DNA of 64,000 nucleotides from Schmidtea polychroa (taxonomy: Eukaryota). Numbering within the stretch: the stretch's first letter is position 1; the number at the start of each line of letters is the position of its first letter. Location of the stretch: contig CM097885.1 of the NCBI GenBank assembly GCA_044892525.1, positions 43,650,001 through 43,714,000 on the forward strand. Reading direction: 5' to 3'. A program made the position numbers and the translations under genes. Positions 1 to 12,951 of this stretch are shown here, piece after piece. A model generated the notes under the pieces. It ran no database searches, had not been told where the DNA came from, and was given only the letters and a program-made list of their open reading frames with translations.

Positions 1-96
1 AATAGAAATATATATAAAGTAGATTAATAAATATAATATCTGAAAGCAATATTTAATTCAAAATAATTATTAAATATATAGCATAGATGGCCAAAG

Positions 97-870
97 TGTC
101 GACCTCGATCTACCAGTCACCCGCAAGGCTGATTTCGGTCGGCCAGTTTTATTTTGTTGTTTAGGATTAAACCGGTTATAATATAGTAAATATCTGGATC
201 TTGCAGTTGATCCGCAAATATTGGTTAATTCGGACTGCTCGCATCTGTGTGCGCATACTTCTTCTTGCCTGTGTGGAGACGCGAGTAGTCAAGCTTTTGA
301 ATTTGATTATTTTTCTGGAATTTCGATTGCTGGACAATAAAATTAACGATAGAGATGTTTTTTTGTGCATTTTAAATCGATTGCTGTTACAAATGCAATT
401 TCAATAACTGATGGGGAAGTTCTTTCCGATATTCCCAAATCTAACAGAGGATCCATGACTTAAACTATGTTGGAGAAATTTAATGCACCGATGATGTATG
501 TTGCAGTTCAAGCAGTTCTTTCTTTGTACGATTCAGGTCGTACCTTAGGTATCGTTCTGGACTCTATTAATCCTATATCTCGCACTATGGTAATTTATGA
601 AAGTTACGTGTTACCTCATGCTATTTGTAAAATTAATTTAGTCGGAAGATACTTAAGTGATGGTATTCTTGATGCGACTTATAACAGCATGATGAAATGC
701 GATGTAGATTTTCGTAAAGATTTATATAGCAATACAGTCTTATCAAGTGATTCGATAATGTATCGATGTTGCTGATCGTAAGAATAAAAAGAAATTTCAA
801 CTTTGGTTTCATTATCAATGACAATTAAACATATAATGCGATAAAAATGAAACATCGTTCACGTTTGACA
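97..870 (+). mobile_element. Putative TG...CA cargo-carrying element (LTR-like) holding an actin mRNA fragment
   Basis: Starts TGTCG (97) and ends TTGACA (870). It has a 5' hairpin (gtcgacc...ggtcggc) and a second motif cgcatctgtgtgcgc...agacgcgag (240-285) that is also seen at 39919-39980. ATTAAA lies about 45 nt from the 3' end. No clean TSD. Confidence 0.4.
435..830 (+). pseudogene. Intronless, internally deleted actin pseudogene fragment
   Basis: PKSNRGSMT*TMLEKFNAPMMYVAVQAVLSLYDSGRT...LSD is fused directly to GILDATYNSMMKCDVDFRKDLYSNTVLS, skipping about 85 actin codons. Stops and frameshifts are present. Confidence 0.9.
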
Positions 871-1782
871 AACCATAATTTGACTATATGCTTGCGTATA
901 GCGTTAATATCATATGAAACACAATATGAAAAGTTGCTGCAAATATGCAATACAGAGCTTCAGATGGGAATGAAAATTAGATTTTAAATATTAGAGAAAA
1001 TTTTCTTTGTCTTTAATGTGATTATTTTGTATTGTTTATTTTTTGTATTTAAATAATATTGTTAAAATACACACAGTTGAATAGGCACCATAAAATTAGT
1101 CTTATTTTCTTATCGCAAAAATTTTAATTTCAATATCACTCGAAACCTATCAATATTTTTATTAACTATACCGCTACTGGAACCCAAACGTTTGGCCACC
1201 TATATTATATATAATTTCATTTTATTAAATGAAAAAATAATTTTCATTTTATTATTTAAATATTTTAAATTAAATTTTAGTTTTTAAATATCAATACATC
1301 AAAACATATTAAGTTTCGTCGAGACAATGAAAATAATCTGTTTTCTCAAAGAAGGCAAGTGAAAATTAGCGAATATAATGATTTTTTCAAATTTATTAAA
1401 TTATAAAATTTAAATAAAGTCACTTAAACATAAATTAATGGTAATAAATAGAAATTGTCATTTGGAATTAAACAAATATACAATATAAAAAGGAAAAACA
1501 AGGACCAAATAAATTGAATTAATATAATCCAAATCCATAATTCAAAAGAAAAAATTTTTACATTAAGTTATTACTTCATTTCCGGAAAGTCGAATTGCAT
1601 GAATATAAATCATTGGGATTTATATAATTGGCATAAAGGAACCTTGTATATAAAAACCGTCAAGTATCTTTCATTTTGTATAAAAACGTTATTTCGCTAA
1701 TTTCTAAATTCATTTGAGAATGAAATGTTTAAAACTTTGTCAAATTATTTATTATATTTATTCCTTCAGTCAATAAAAATAA

Positions 1783-2312
1783 CCTTTTCGCAGCGGAGTA
1801 CTGTTTTATAAGTTGTGTTTCCTTTGCGAATTCGTGTTGTTCACGCAGTTAAGTACTCGCTATTTGCTTATACATGAGTTTCCCGTAGTTTCTCGTTTCA
1901 TTATTTCATTTATATGACTATTACACAATTATATGCAAGCAAACTTCGAATAGCAGTTAATTAGAACTGTGCTATTCAAGATGGAATTGTCATAAAAATT
2001 AAACTAGAAAAGTACACTAGAAAAGTACACATCAAATTCAGAAATAAATGAGTAATATTTCAAAGAAAGACAAATAAATAGGCATATTCACAAGTTATAT
2101 AGAAAATTGTTAATAATTAACTCTTGTTAACAGAAAAGTAATTGCCAGAACTGTTAGAAAGGAAATTTGAAAAACCGTGCCAATAAAACACTTTGTTATT
2201 CGCGGGATACCTGAATTAAAATATTTATATGGTATTTATAAGGCATTTATCCGGTTCCAACATGAGACTCAAAACTAAATTTTGGATTCGTACGTTTCTC
2301 ACGGCAAAAGGG
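1783..2312. mobile_element. Degenerate TTAA-type MITE
   Basis: Imperfect terminal inverted ends ccttttcgcag / cggcaaaaggg, followed by TTAA on the right. Confidence 0.3.
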
Positions 2313-3069
2313 TTAAGAATTATAACAAAAATAAATTAACTTTAAAAAATAAAGAATTTTTGATAAGTGGTGAAAATTAAACAAAATTGTTTTTTTTAAT
2401 TTGTAATTTTATTAAATAGTTTCAAAATTAAGTAAAGTTCGGAAGAAAAAGTTTTTATTTTAAAAAATTTAATTTATTGATCGATTGTGAATGATAAAAA
2501 TAAATCTTTCTAATTTAAAATAAAAAATAAAGATAGAAAATCATTAAAAATTCTAAAACTTTTAACAAATCACATGTAAATTTGATAAGAATTACGCCAT
2601 CAAATTTGACAGCATTTGTTTTACAAAATCGTGTCAAATTTCACAGGAAAATTATCCATTTTATTAAAACTTGGCTTGAGACAAAAATTATTTTGTTAAT
2701 AAATGTTTATATGATACATTTTTTCAGCAATTACACTTTACTATTTATGGTAATTTGAGAATAATCTTCTCAATACTTTTTTAATAAAAGAAAAAATTAT
2801 CTAACTGAAAATAAATTCATCTAGAACAATCATCTGAAATAAAAAGAAAATAGTGAGAAACAAGCATTTCAAAAGTGGCATGTAGGATGCTTCAGTCTTC
2901 AATATTGGCAAGGTTTAGTTCTCATAACAACGCCATTTTTGTGAAGTTATAACTAAGAAATTTGTATATCTAATATTTATTTATTTACAAATATTAAAAA
3001 AAATTATTAATGCATTTAAGCATGTTAATAACTATATAACAATAAGTGCTTTCGATATAATATAGAAAG

Positions 3070-3900
3070 ATGAAATTGCAGTTTTATGGAAGTCTGTTAC
3101 AAATAAAAAGGAAAAGTTGGTTTTACGAAAATGTTACTATTAAAAAAACAATTGCAAGAAAGAAATTTGATTTAAGCTCTGAAAAACATGGAACAAATGA
3201 GAGATTCATGACTTTTGAGACTAGAGTCCGAAACCTTGTTAGAACTGTAATAAATTCAGGAATGAGTGAAGATATGGTTTGAGATGTTAATACAAACAAA
3301 TTACAGCGAAATTTTACTGACTAAATTCAGAATCAAAATGGAGGAAGTTAAATCTACTACAAAAATATTTGAATATATTATATTTTAAATATCAAAGAGG
3401 AGAAATTCTAATGAAATTCATGTAGATAGTTATGAAAATGTGGTAAGGAGAGAAAAATCAAGTTATTTTAAAAAATACCTATATTGGAGATATTAAAGGG
3501 CATTAATATTTCCGAATACTGAGAAAACAATAAATCCAAAATTTCAGGCTTGAATGGCGAATTTATCAAAATAAGATTTTGAATTAAAACACTGTAAAGT
3601 GAATATCATTCAAATGTTGATGGATTATTTAGAATAAGTCGAATTTTATGCTAACAATGTCAAACAAAACACGAAAATGTTAAGGAAGCCAAAAAAAGAA
3701 AAAAACATTTATGATTCAGAACCCAGAAGTAATGCAAGAAGTATTTGAAGCTCAAATCAAAGATCAACAATTTCAAAAAATAAAATGATTAGATTATAGA
3801 AATTTGGATATGGGAGATTTCGAAAAAAAATAAATGGATGAAGGTCTGTTATTTGTAAATAAAGATGGGATGAATTTAATATTGGTTAACAAGGAATTTA
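3070..3900 (+). mobile_element. Heavily deleted Gypsy LTR-retrotransposon remnant related to the element at 18402-27607
   Basis: ERFMTFETRVRNLVRTVINSGMSEDMV matches gag ERFVAFEIRLRKALVEVVNSGRSEEDIV (ORF 26553-27125). Region 3530-3700 matches the RNase H end (PKFQA*MANLSK*DFELKH...SNVDGL...QCQTKHE). Confidence 0.75.
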
Positions 3901-5004
3901 CGAGTTACTGCCCCAAGTCCGTGCAAAGAAACTAGAGTATTATATAAATAATATATTCTTTTGGCCAAATGTAGTTGGTTATTGTTTTGAGAATGTAAAT
4001 GTAAATTTTTGGAAAGCTCGTGTAATTTGTTTGAACAGTGATAGGTAAACTCTTGCATCACTGGCGGATGTTTGAAAACGCAATGGATCTTATATTGAAA
4101 AATAATGCCTTCATACCCATGTTTTCTTATGTAAAAATAACCGTTCTTGTGGGTTTCCTTTAGCACCTAACTCGGATCCTTTTAGAATGCACCACGAATG
4201 TTCCAATCGTAAAATTGGATAAGAATTTTCAGTGTCCATGGGAAAACGAAAAATTATGTGAAAATTAAAATATTGAAAAATAACGAAAAAACATATTTAT
4301 TATTTGACATTATTTGATATTATATTTTAAATACGTTATCTATTAAAAACGTTATGAAAGTTCCAGAAAAAATTCTTAACGTTACGAAGGCGGGAAATGG
4401 GGTAAAAAATTGGTTATGGTCTGTTACAAGGGATAGGGAGATAAAAAATGCTATTTTTGATGTTACATAATTTAATAACGTTTCCTTATTGTTTTGAGAA
4501 TGAAATGTTTAATTTTTGGAAAATCTATATATATCAAGTCTTGTTGCCTCAATGAATTTATAAATTTAGTGCTTTGAATTTTATATTTTAATTACAATAT
4601 ATGTATTTTCACTTTAAAATAGGCATTATCAATTAATTAAAATATTACCTCTCAATTCCCTAAATCAAATCCAAATAAACATGAATTCCAGACAAATATT
4701 CCCGTCCAGATAAATTTTAGTTATGAAAGGGAAATGTTTACATTGATCCGGCTGTGTTTTATGAAGAGGTTCTTCAAAAAAATGTAATTTTTCAAGACAT
4801 TATAAATGTCATATAATTCAAATGAAGTGATTTTATTTAAAAAGAATTTTATCTATTTATTAATTGTCAAATAAAATTTTTCTTTAGGAAAATTAATTTA
4901 ATTTTTAATTTTCTATTCATTCCAATTTTTATTCTTTAATATCTGAGTACTTTTGAAACAATTACATTAAAAAAATTGTTAACACTTTAATTTATATTTG
5001 TTAC

Positions 5005-6781
5005 CAGTAGCGTATCTAGGGCCGGGCAAGCGGGGCTTTTGCCCCGGGCGCCACGATTTTAGGGGCGCCAAATTGATTTTTGAAACCTAAACTTTATTTA
5101 AAGATTTTCGATTTTGAAATTTAACCAACATTAAAATAACGAATTTTGATTATTTGAAATATATATCATTTCTGGGATTTATTGAGCTAGCTGAAAAAGA
5201 TGCCGAAGCTCTTAAAAATACTATACTCAAATTATTACAAACTGATGGATTAGAACTCTCGGACTGTCGATCGCAATGTTATGATAATGCGGCAGTTATG
5301 GCTGGTCATGTTTCTGGATTGCAACAAAGAATTACCAATTTGAACCCTCGCGCAGTGTTTATTAACTGCGATAATCATAGTTTAAATCTTGCAGGATTAC
5401 ATTCTGTTCAAACTAATCCCATAATGCTAACTTTTTTTGGTGTAATTGAACAAATTTATTTATTTTTTTCAAGATCAACCAATCGTTGGCAAAAATTAAC
5501 CGATGTCATTCCTTTGACTGTAAAACGTGAATCAACAACACGATGGAGTGCACGAGCAGAAGCTGTAAAAGCAATTTTTTTTGGAATCGATAATCTTGTG
5601 AAATTAATTGAAGATCTTTCTGATGATTTCAATCAAACATCTGACACAAGAAGCGAATCATACAATTTATTGCAAAATATATTGAATTTTAATTTTCTGG
5701 TTTTGATAAATTTTTGGCATCACGTTCTCGAGAAAATTGATCGTGTACAAAAACGAATGCAAGATCCAAAAATTAATTTTAAAGATGCCTCCGATGATTT
5801 ACAAGGATTAAGCATACATATGCAGCAATTTCTTGAAGATCTATGCATTCAATCAATTGAAGCAGGTAAAAAAAAATGTTTTGAATGGGGCGTTGAAATA
5901 AAGAAAAGAGTGCGACGTATAAAAATTAGATTAGGTGAAAAAATGACTGATTCTGGTTTGACTGCTGAACAAGAGTTAGATCGTGTGTTGAAATGCTCAG
6001 TTGATAGATTAATTCAAGAATTAAAAACTCGATTTACTCGCCTTAATTCATTGAACGAAAATTTTGGATATTTCCTTGACACTGAAAATTTTCTAAATTG
6101 CCATGATCCTGCTAAATTAAAAGAAAAATGTTCAAATTTGGGAAAATTTTACAATTCAGATATTGATGAAAACGAACTATGCAATGAAGTTACTGACTGT
6201 AAAATGCTTCTTAATGCTCGAAAAGATGAAATTCCAAAATCACCTATAGATCTTTTAAAATTTTTAATATCTTATGGTGAAGATGTTTTCCCAAATTTAA
6301 GAATTTCATTGCAAATTCTTTTGACAATTGGTATTTCTGTTTCAACATGCGAGCGTTCCTTTAGCAAATTAAAATTAATTTTGTCATATCTTCGAGCAAC
6401 AATGAGTGAAGAACGTTTAAATAATTTGGCATTATTAAGTATTGAGAAAAACACTGTGAACAAAATTAACTTTGATGATGTCATTGACAAGTTCGCAAGT
6501 GTTAAAGCACGAAAAATTTGTTTGTAAATTATTACAATAAATAAAGTTTAAAACTAACTTGTTGCAAAATTAAATTAATTTTTTTTAAAACTGCTGCAAA
6601 TCAATTTTAAAGAGTGAAAATTTTTGATTTTTTTTAAATAATAATTTTTTTTTCTTAAAAAAGAAATGTCACTTTAGTGCAAAAATAATATACCAATAAT
6701 AAGGAAAAGAAAAAATTCACGTGGAGAGGGGCGCAATTTTAAGTTTTGCCCCGGGCGCCGTGAACCCTAGATACGCCACTG
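5005..6781 (+). mobile_element. Internally deleted hAT DNA transposon (ZMYM1-like transposase group)
   Basis: 17-bp TIR cagtagcgtatctaggg / ccctagatacgccactg (1 mismatch). Perfect 8-bp TSD TTTGTTAC at 4997-5004 and 6782-6789. Subterminal ttttgccccgggcgcc at both ends. Confidence 0.95.
5154..6527 (+). CDS. 5'-truncated hAT transposase (C-terminal ~450 aa)
   Basis: SQCYDNAAVMAG, CDNHSLNL, TTRWSAR and the hAT dimerisation motif CERSFSKLKLILSYLRATMSEERLNNLALLSIE. It lacks the N-terminal zinc finger and first catalytic Asp, and starts at a TTG rather than an ATG. Confidence 0.85.
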   Translation: MKYISFLGFIELAEKDAEALKNTILKLLQTDGLELSDCRSQCYDNAAVMAGHVSGLQQRITNLNPRAVFINCDNHSLNLAGLHSVQTNPIMLTFFGVIEQIYLFFSRSTNRWQKLTDVIPLTVKRESTTRWSARAEAVKAIFFGIDNLVKLIEDLSDDFNQTSDTRSESYNLLQNILNFNFLVLINFWHHVLEKIDRVQKRMQDPKINFKDASDDLQGLSIHMQQFLEDLCIQSIEAGKKKCFEWGVEIKKRVRRIKIRLGEKMTDSGLTAEQELDRVLKCSVDRLIQELKTRFTRLNSLNENFGYFLDTENFLNCHDPAKLKEKCSNLGKFYNSDIDENELCNEVTDCKMLLNARKDEIPKSPIDLLKFLISYGEDVFPNLRISLQILLTIGISVSTCERSFSKLKLILSYLRATMSEERLNNLALLSIEKNTVNKINFDDVIDKFASVKARKICL

Positions 6782-9273
6782 TTTGTTACCCTTTGGTCTG
6801 GAATGGTTCATCAAAATATTAAAATATTTGAATATTAATTAAAACTTTTAAAAAAAGCAAAAATGGTTTAAGGTCGAAATTTTGAGTTCATGTCGATCGT
6901 TACATTTTAAACATATAAATAGCACTAAATTTACAAAACTTATTCTAATATCTAATCCGAAACAAAAACCATTTCACAGATCTCAGACTTTTGTATTAAT
7001 TTATATTTAAAAAGTTTTATCATAAAGGTATGAGTAAAATTGTTTCAGAAGTTTAGACATAAAAATAAAAAAAACCTGCAAAGAGAAATTAAAAAAATTC
7101 TTGATAAAAATTAAAACAGTATTCTCGGCTAAATTTGCAAAACAAACAAATTACCAAAATACGATATAATCTATGAGACAACTAAATAATATAACAAATT
7201 TTCTGATATATTTAATAAATAAATTACGCCAAAATAGCTGTTAATTATAAATCTCACACTCAATGAACGTGAATAAATAACTTCGGAATTTTATCGTGAA
7301 AATAGAATATCAGAGAAATAATGACAGTCTCCTATTCGCATCATAAACCTGATTAATTTTGAAGAGTAGTTTTTTCGAAAAATTAAATATTAATAAATAT
7401 TTAATGGAAATTTAGAGAAAGTATATTAAAGGGAAAAAACGATGTAGTCATCAATTATAGTAAAACTAACAAAATTTTTATGATGATTCATTTTATGTTT
7501 AGTGTTTTCAACATGTGGCAAATGAAAAACATTTGGATTTATTTCACGTAATTGAAATGCAATACATATTACATATTAAACGTTCACTGGGAAAATCAAA
7601 CAGATTTTCATTTAATGAATAATTGATATTATAAAGTCGGTGCTATTTATTTAACAGTGTCATTCGACACTAAATTGAAATAATTGTTTCGAATCATAAT
7701 AAAGAATTGATACGTTTAAGTTGTAACTTAAAAAAAGACATTAAGATTGTAATATTTTTTTAGTCACAAAATTTGGGTCTAATAGTTACAGGAATTAGAT
7801 TTTTTTTAGAAATTGCATGTTTTTCATTTAAACGGCAGAATACTGAAGATTACTATTTCAATTCATTATATGAAAATTTGCTGATAATAAGATGTTAGAT
7901 GAACCTCTATTTTTACTCATTGATACTTGGCAAGTAGGAGATATATTTCAATTTTGAATAAATCAATGTGCGTCGAAAGAATATGTAAATAGAAGAAATT
8001 TTGTTTATATAAATGTTTGTATGTATGTTATGTATAAAAAAAAGAGTTAATGTAATTGATACTTGTAGAATTAGAAATTTTGGGAAATTAATCTTAGGCG
8101 CCAAATGAAAATGATGAAATTTAATAAAGATGTCTGTCAAGAAGCCATTAGTTTAAGTTTAAAGGCAAAAAATGAAAAGTTGTAAATTTATAGGTAAAAC
8201 ACAGAAATACTAAAATACCAACATTAAAGAAAAATTCAAAGAAATTGTTACAAAGAACGAGATAAAATATTGAGTTGAGAATGTTTCTGACTTTATTGGA
8301 ATTTTATTTTGTTGTTTTATGTTTTTATTTAATAACAACTTTAATTTTACTTGTTTATGCAAAACTCAACAGCCAAAAGTGATAAATAATTCTTTTAAAT
8401 GTTCTCAAATTTAAAATATCTTAAAATCCAAATATATATGAAAGACTACAAATAAACCAGACAAATAGTCCATATTTCAAAAGAATGCGTGAATATGTTT
8501 TGGAACTTGAAATAGGAAGTGGTTGAAGTAAAATTTACAAAATTTAATACGTCAATTATTAGAAGAAAAAAGTACTTCAAACTTTTTCTTAAAATTTCAA
8601 ATGAAGACGATTAAAAATTAACGATAAATGAATATTTTCTCCTGTGTTACAAAAAATATTGACCTATATTCTTAATGAAAATAAATGAAATGTTAAAAGA
8701 AAATAAAAACAGATTGAAAATGATTTTATTTTAAATGGGTTTATTTTTTAAAAAACTTAAATAAAATCACTATTTTAAAATATTCATTAATTATCGAATG
8801 GCGTAAAATTCTGATGTTTCGATTATACTTTAAATATAACATATTTCTCCTTAATATAAATATTATTAAATATCGTACCAAATATTAATTTATTATGGAA
8901 AAAATAAAAATTAATACATTTTTAGTTAACTACGTACGTGGGGCTGGATTGGTGCTAATGATAAATATAATTAAAATTATTTTATATTACCTATTATTAT
9001 ATTCAAAATTTAACCTAGAAATTAAAGTAGTGAGGAGAACACACATTTAGTTGGGGAAGAGGATATAAGCACCGTGTCAATGCCTAGTTTCTATTTTCAA
9101 AACCATACGCACACAAATATCACATGTACATAACAACATATATATTTTATTTATATATATGTATATGTCGTAGGCAAATGGTAATTTTAGGAAAATAACA
9201 TTTTCAAGGTCATATTATTATTTTAAAAAAATATTATTATTTTCTAAGTATATATATATATATATATATATAT

Positions 9274-12124
9274 TAGGGTGGAGTGAAAATTTTTTTTTCT
9301 TAATATCTTGTTTGGATAGCTATAAAAACTTGGTAACACATGCAATTAGTAATGTGGCAAACAATTAGACAATTTAAAGCATATCTTGAGGTTCCACAAT
9401 TGACCTAAAGTATAGGCATATTTCGATAAAAAAGCAATAATCTTTAAAAAAAACATTTTTTTATAAGTAACATATTTATGTTATGGTTTAACTTTTTAAC
9501 AGTCTGTACATAACATTACAAGTAATAAGAACCATATCTGTGAAGGGAAACCACATGCAAACTGTCTAACATGTTTTTATAACTACAAATGATGTTGGGC
9601 TTTGGTGTCCAGTTTTGGCATTTTCAATCTCGATTCCAAGCGTGCTCTAATGAATCCGTCGCGTTTTTCTGGACCACACACCATTTCGGATGCTTCTGTC
9701 ACTAGCTTGATATGTCTCTCTACTGCCTGGGTGTGACAAGGATAGCGGGCGAAATCCAGTCTTGGCGTTTCTTCTTCCCGGATCATGGTTAACAAAGTAT
9801 CTTCGTCAATGTCCACTACGATTGGAGGCTCTGTGATCAGAGTTTTCTGCCAATCGATCATGTCTATGTAGCTAGTAGCCTCAAAGTTGATTACTGGCAC
9901 GCAGAAAGATCTAACTGAAGTCGTACGTTTCTGCTTTCTGGATTTAAGTATGCGTCGCAGAGCTAACTCGCGTATATCTGATCTTTCATCGGTAAGCATC
10001 GCAAGCAACAGATTTTCTGGATGACTAAAGAATGCGTTGCGTTGAATTACCGGGTCAACAACTTTCTTCAGCTCGTCTGTGAGGTAGCGTGATTTCAGTA
10101 TCGTACTGTGGACATGTCGAGCGCCGTCTTTACACGAAGGGGTATTCTTTATTTCAAACCATGCAGGTGCATAAACTGTTACGATGAAGGTAGCAAGCGT
10201 CTTTAGTTCATCCGACGGGCTTCTTGTGGCAACATACAGACGTAGTATGCGATTAGCCGTGGTTAACCATCTCGAATGGTTGATAAGACCAGGATTGCGA
10301 AGTGAATGGTCGACAGGACAAATACCAACACTTACAGCAGTACACAAATCGAACAGGTATTTCTGATCTGTACTTAAATCGTCGGAATTTGCACTTGACG
10401 GTAGAACACAGTTTATCGGCATGTAGTCAACGATGGGAAGCTTCTCACAATTCAACAATGACTTTCCAATGGGACCAGAAAATCCTTTTGGACCATTGGT
10501 AGGTCCATCGAGATACTGAAACAAATGTCTTAACGGTAATTCGTTTGCATGCAACTGACATACGAACCACTGTAGCGGTCTGTGTAACGTCACTTCAAGT
10601 AATCGAATGATGCCTCCTCGAATGCCCGTATTAGTGGCTGTCCCATCACAACCTATTGCTTTTATGCCACTCGTGTCAACATTTCTTTTATTCAAATATG
10701 CAATCAACTCAGCCGTGATAACTTTGCTTGACCCTGCAGTTGGTGTAATGTGACCGAAATATGTAGCTCCTGGTTCGGCTATAATCGATATATGTTCTTC
10801 AGTTATTATTTTCCGATGAAATTTACCATCGCATTCTTTAATTTGGGTCATTGTATTGTCTTTTCTGCCGTCAAAATATAACCCAGTGATTGTGTTACTG
10901 ACTTCGGCACATAATGCGCCACGCTTATTACAACGTTCTCGACGCACTTTACTTCTGTCAATCACTTTAGAAACATCATGTTCGTGGATTATTCCAACAT
11001 CTTGAAGAACAGCACTGGTGATTCCTGCTGCCGCCTTGTCGGATACGCCATGTCGATCACACGCTAAAGCCAACGACGGTAGCTTAACTCTCATCTGCTT
11101 GTCATTCAATTTTCGCTGTTGTTTAATTTGGCTTATACAATCGTCATCAGAGTCATCATCGCCGGTATCCATTTCCTCTTCCATTCCAGAAATCTCGTCA
11201 CAGACATCCGACTGTTTATCACCGATGCCATCAATGGCAGATTTGGTACACATCTGCCTCTGTGTCGACTCTTTACGGATATACCGCTTTTGTATTATAC
11301 TGGATTCAAACTCATCAACTCCAGCTATGATCATACAGCGTGAACCCCGCTGATCTTCTAGAAAGTCACGTTCAATTGTGGGTATCTTTCTTGACTTCTC
11401 ACAGTGACACTGAGACATACAAGAGCACTTGCAGGAGCAAATGTCAAAGAGTTTAATCGATTCATCTTTAAACTGCGATATTTTCTCTCTGTATGGTTCT
11501 GAGTCCTTCCTAGATTTATACGGCTTCAGCAATTTCATGAACGTCTTGTGGTACACGTTCAACATTTCATGAACACGGCGGTGGCTTACATGTGGTATAG
11601 AAGCTTTGTCCCATATTTGTTCTACTTTCATTGACACTGTTTCTACCACGTTGCGATGTGAAGGATCTTTATTGTTCAATTCGCATTTCAGTCTCTGCTT
11701 TGTCAGGTTGTAGAATTTCATAACATCTGCATAAGTCGGTAGTTGATTGTCGGGCATCTCGGATGGACCACCAAAGATGACACAAGACACTTTCTTTCTG
11801 GTTACAGCCATTGCAACTCTAAAAAGGAAAACCAGAGGCATTTAAAATCCATAGTGTATGGGTGGCAAATATTTTGCTATTAAAAGTAATGAAAATATTA
11901 TTTAAATGCCATCAATGACTTCAATAATATGTCAATAATAGCAAATACATTATCGTTTTCTTATCAATGGTTACATTTTAAAGTTGGTTGTCGAACCTCA
12001 AGACATTATTTAAATTATTGTTTTTCTTTACAGAGTACTTCATTGGACCTCATAGCAAGTTTTTATAACTATCCAAAGTCTACTAAGTCAAAAAATTTTT
12101 TTCGGTCATTTTCACTCCACCCTA
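9274..12124 (-). mobile_element. Full-length hAT-superfamily (hATm-like) DNA transposon inserted in a (TA)n microsatellite
   Basis: Perfect 17-bp TIR tagggtggagtgaaaat (9274-9290) / attttcactccacccta (12108-12124). ATATATAT flanks both sides within the (TA)n tract. Confidence 0.9.
9583..11841 (-). CDS. Intact DDE transposase (hATm-like), probable true start at MAVT after a 5' UTR intron acceptor
   Basis: 752-aa open frame with YFDGRKD, GCDGTATNTG, CQLHANELPLRH (CxxH), SRWLTTANR and PCHTQAVERHIK. A tttttag acceptor sits just upstream of the ATG of MAVT. Confidence 0.85.
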   Translation of the reverse strand: MPLVFLFRVAMAVTRKKVSCVIFGGPSEMPDNQLPTYADVMKFYNLTKQRLKCELNNKDPSHRNVVETVSMKVEQIWDKASIPHVSHRRVHEMLNVYHKTFMKLLKPYKSRKDSEPYREKISQFKDESIKLFDICSCKCSCMSQCHCEKSRKIPTIERDFLEDQRGSRCMIIAGVDEFESSIIQKRYIRKESTQRQMCTKSAIDGIGDKQSDVCDEISGMEEEMDTGDDDSDDDCISQIKQQRKLNDKQMRVKLPSLALACDRHGVSDKAAAGITSAVLQDVGIIHEHDVSKVIDRSKVRRERCNKRGALCAEVSNTITGLYFDGRKDNTMTQIKECDGKFHRKIITEEHISIIAEPGATYFGHITPTAGSSKVITAELIAYLNKRNVDTSGIKAIGCDGTATNTGIRGGIIRLLEVTLHRPLQWFVCQLHANELPLRHLFQYLDGPTNGPKGFSGPIGKSLLNCEKLPIVDYMPINCVLPSSANSDDLSTDQKYLFDLCTAVSVGICPVDHSLRNPGLINHSRWLTTANRILRLYVATRSPSDELKTLATFIVTVYAPAWFEIKNTPSCKDGARHVHSTILKSRYLTDELKKVVDPVIQRNAFFSHPENLLLAMLTDERSDIRELALRRILKSRKQKRTTSVRSFCVPVINFEATSYIDMIDWQKTLITEPPIVVDIDEDTLLTMIREEETPRLDFARYPCHTQAVERHIKLVTEASEMVCGPEKRDGFIRARLESRLKMPKLDTKAQHHL

Positions 12125-12951
12125 ATATATATATATATATATATACTCCTAGTCTATCCGACAAAATATTCTGCCCCCCTATGGGTATTAGTCGTAAGGG
12201 TACTGGTCGCACTCAACAACTCGCAAGGGGTGATAATATTATTTCCAGACTTAACGAATATTTTAATCCAAGGTATTTACCAATGCAGAATGCAATACCA
12301 GAATTGGAAGCCACCGCGGAAATCCGAGAGAAACAGTAACTGAATGTTAAATGTATATAAATGCCTATAAGGTACAAAATTGGAAACTGTTACGCAAAAA
12401 GGACAAGTCTCCATCTTGAGGACACTAGGAGCTTGTTGTGGGACGTTAAAGAAGAAAGGAGACGTGGCAACTTTGTAAAGTTATAGTCTGAACTGCACTT
12501 ACATTCTTTCTCCAATTAATCAATTAATTTCATGAAATTTAGAATATTTATTTGACCATAAAATAAAGTTGAATTTACTACTAATATTAAAAGTTGAAAG
12601 GACGAGCGCTGTAAAATTTAATCCTTGTAAATGGAAGCTGATTTGAGTTCACTTGCATGACATTGATCTAAGAAATACGTAATAAATCAAATTTGTCAAA
12701 GTGCGTTATAGCTTTATGGAGCCAAAGAAACAAAATTAATTTTGAAAGGGCAGGTGAAGCAATGCAGTATTGAATTCAGAAATTTGGCATGGGAGGTATT
12801 TGGAGAGTGAATTCCCCCTTTCCGATAGGATATTTATGACCAAATAAATGTAATATATGAGAAAAATTACCTCAACCCAGATATAGCACCAGATTTAAAT
12901 TTGCGATACTTACTACAGTAAGATAACGTGCCGTTGTTAAATTGATGTACG

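Noticed and set aside
6782..6810. Possible IQSEC exon 2 (cag/ACCAAAGGGT, KPKG) split by the hAT
   Set aside because: After removing the element the frame stops within about 11 codons and does not resemble Sec7.
10184..11353. Short plus-strand ORFs (and similar antisense ORFs over IQSEC, the LINE and Gypsy pol)
   Set aside because: They are antisense shadows of longer real ORFs.
12590..12680. Candidate IQSEC acceptor and exon
   Set aside because: All frames stop quickly and there is no Sec7 similarity.
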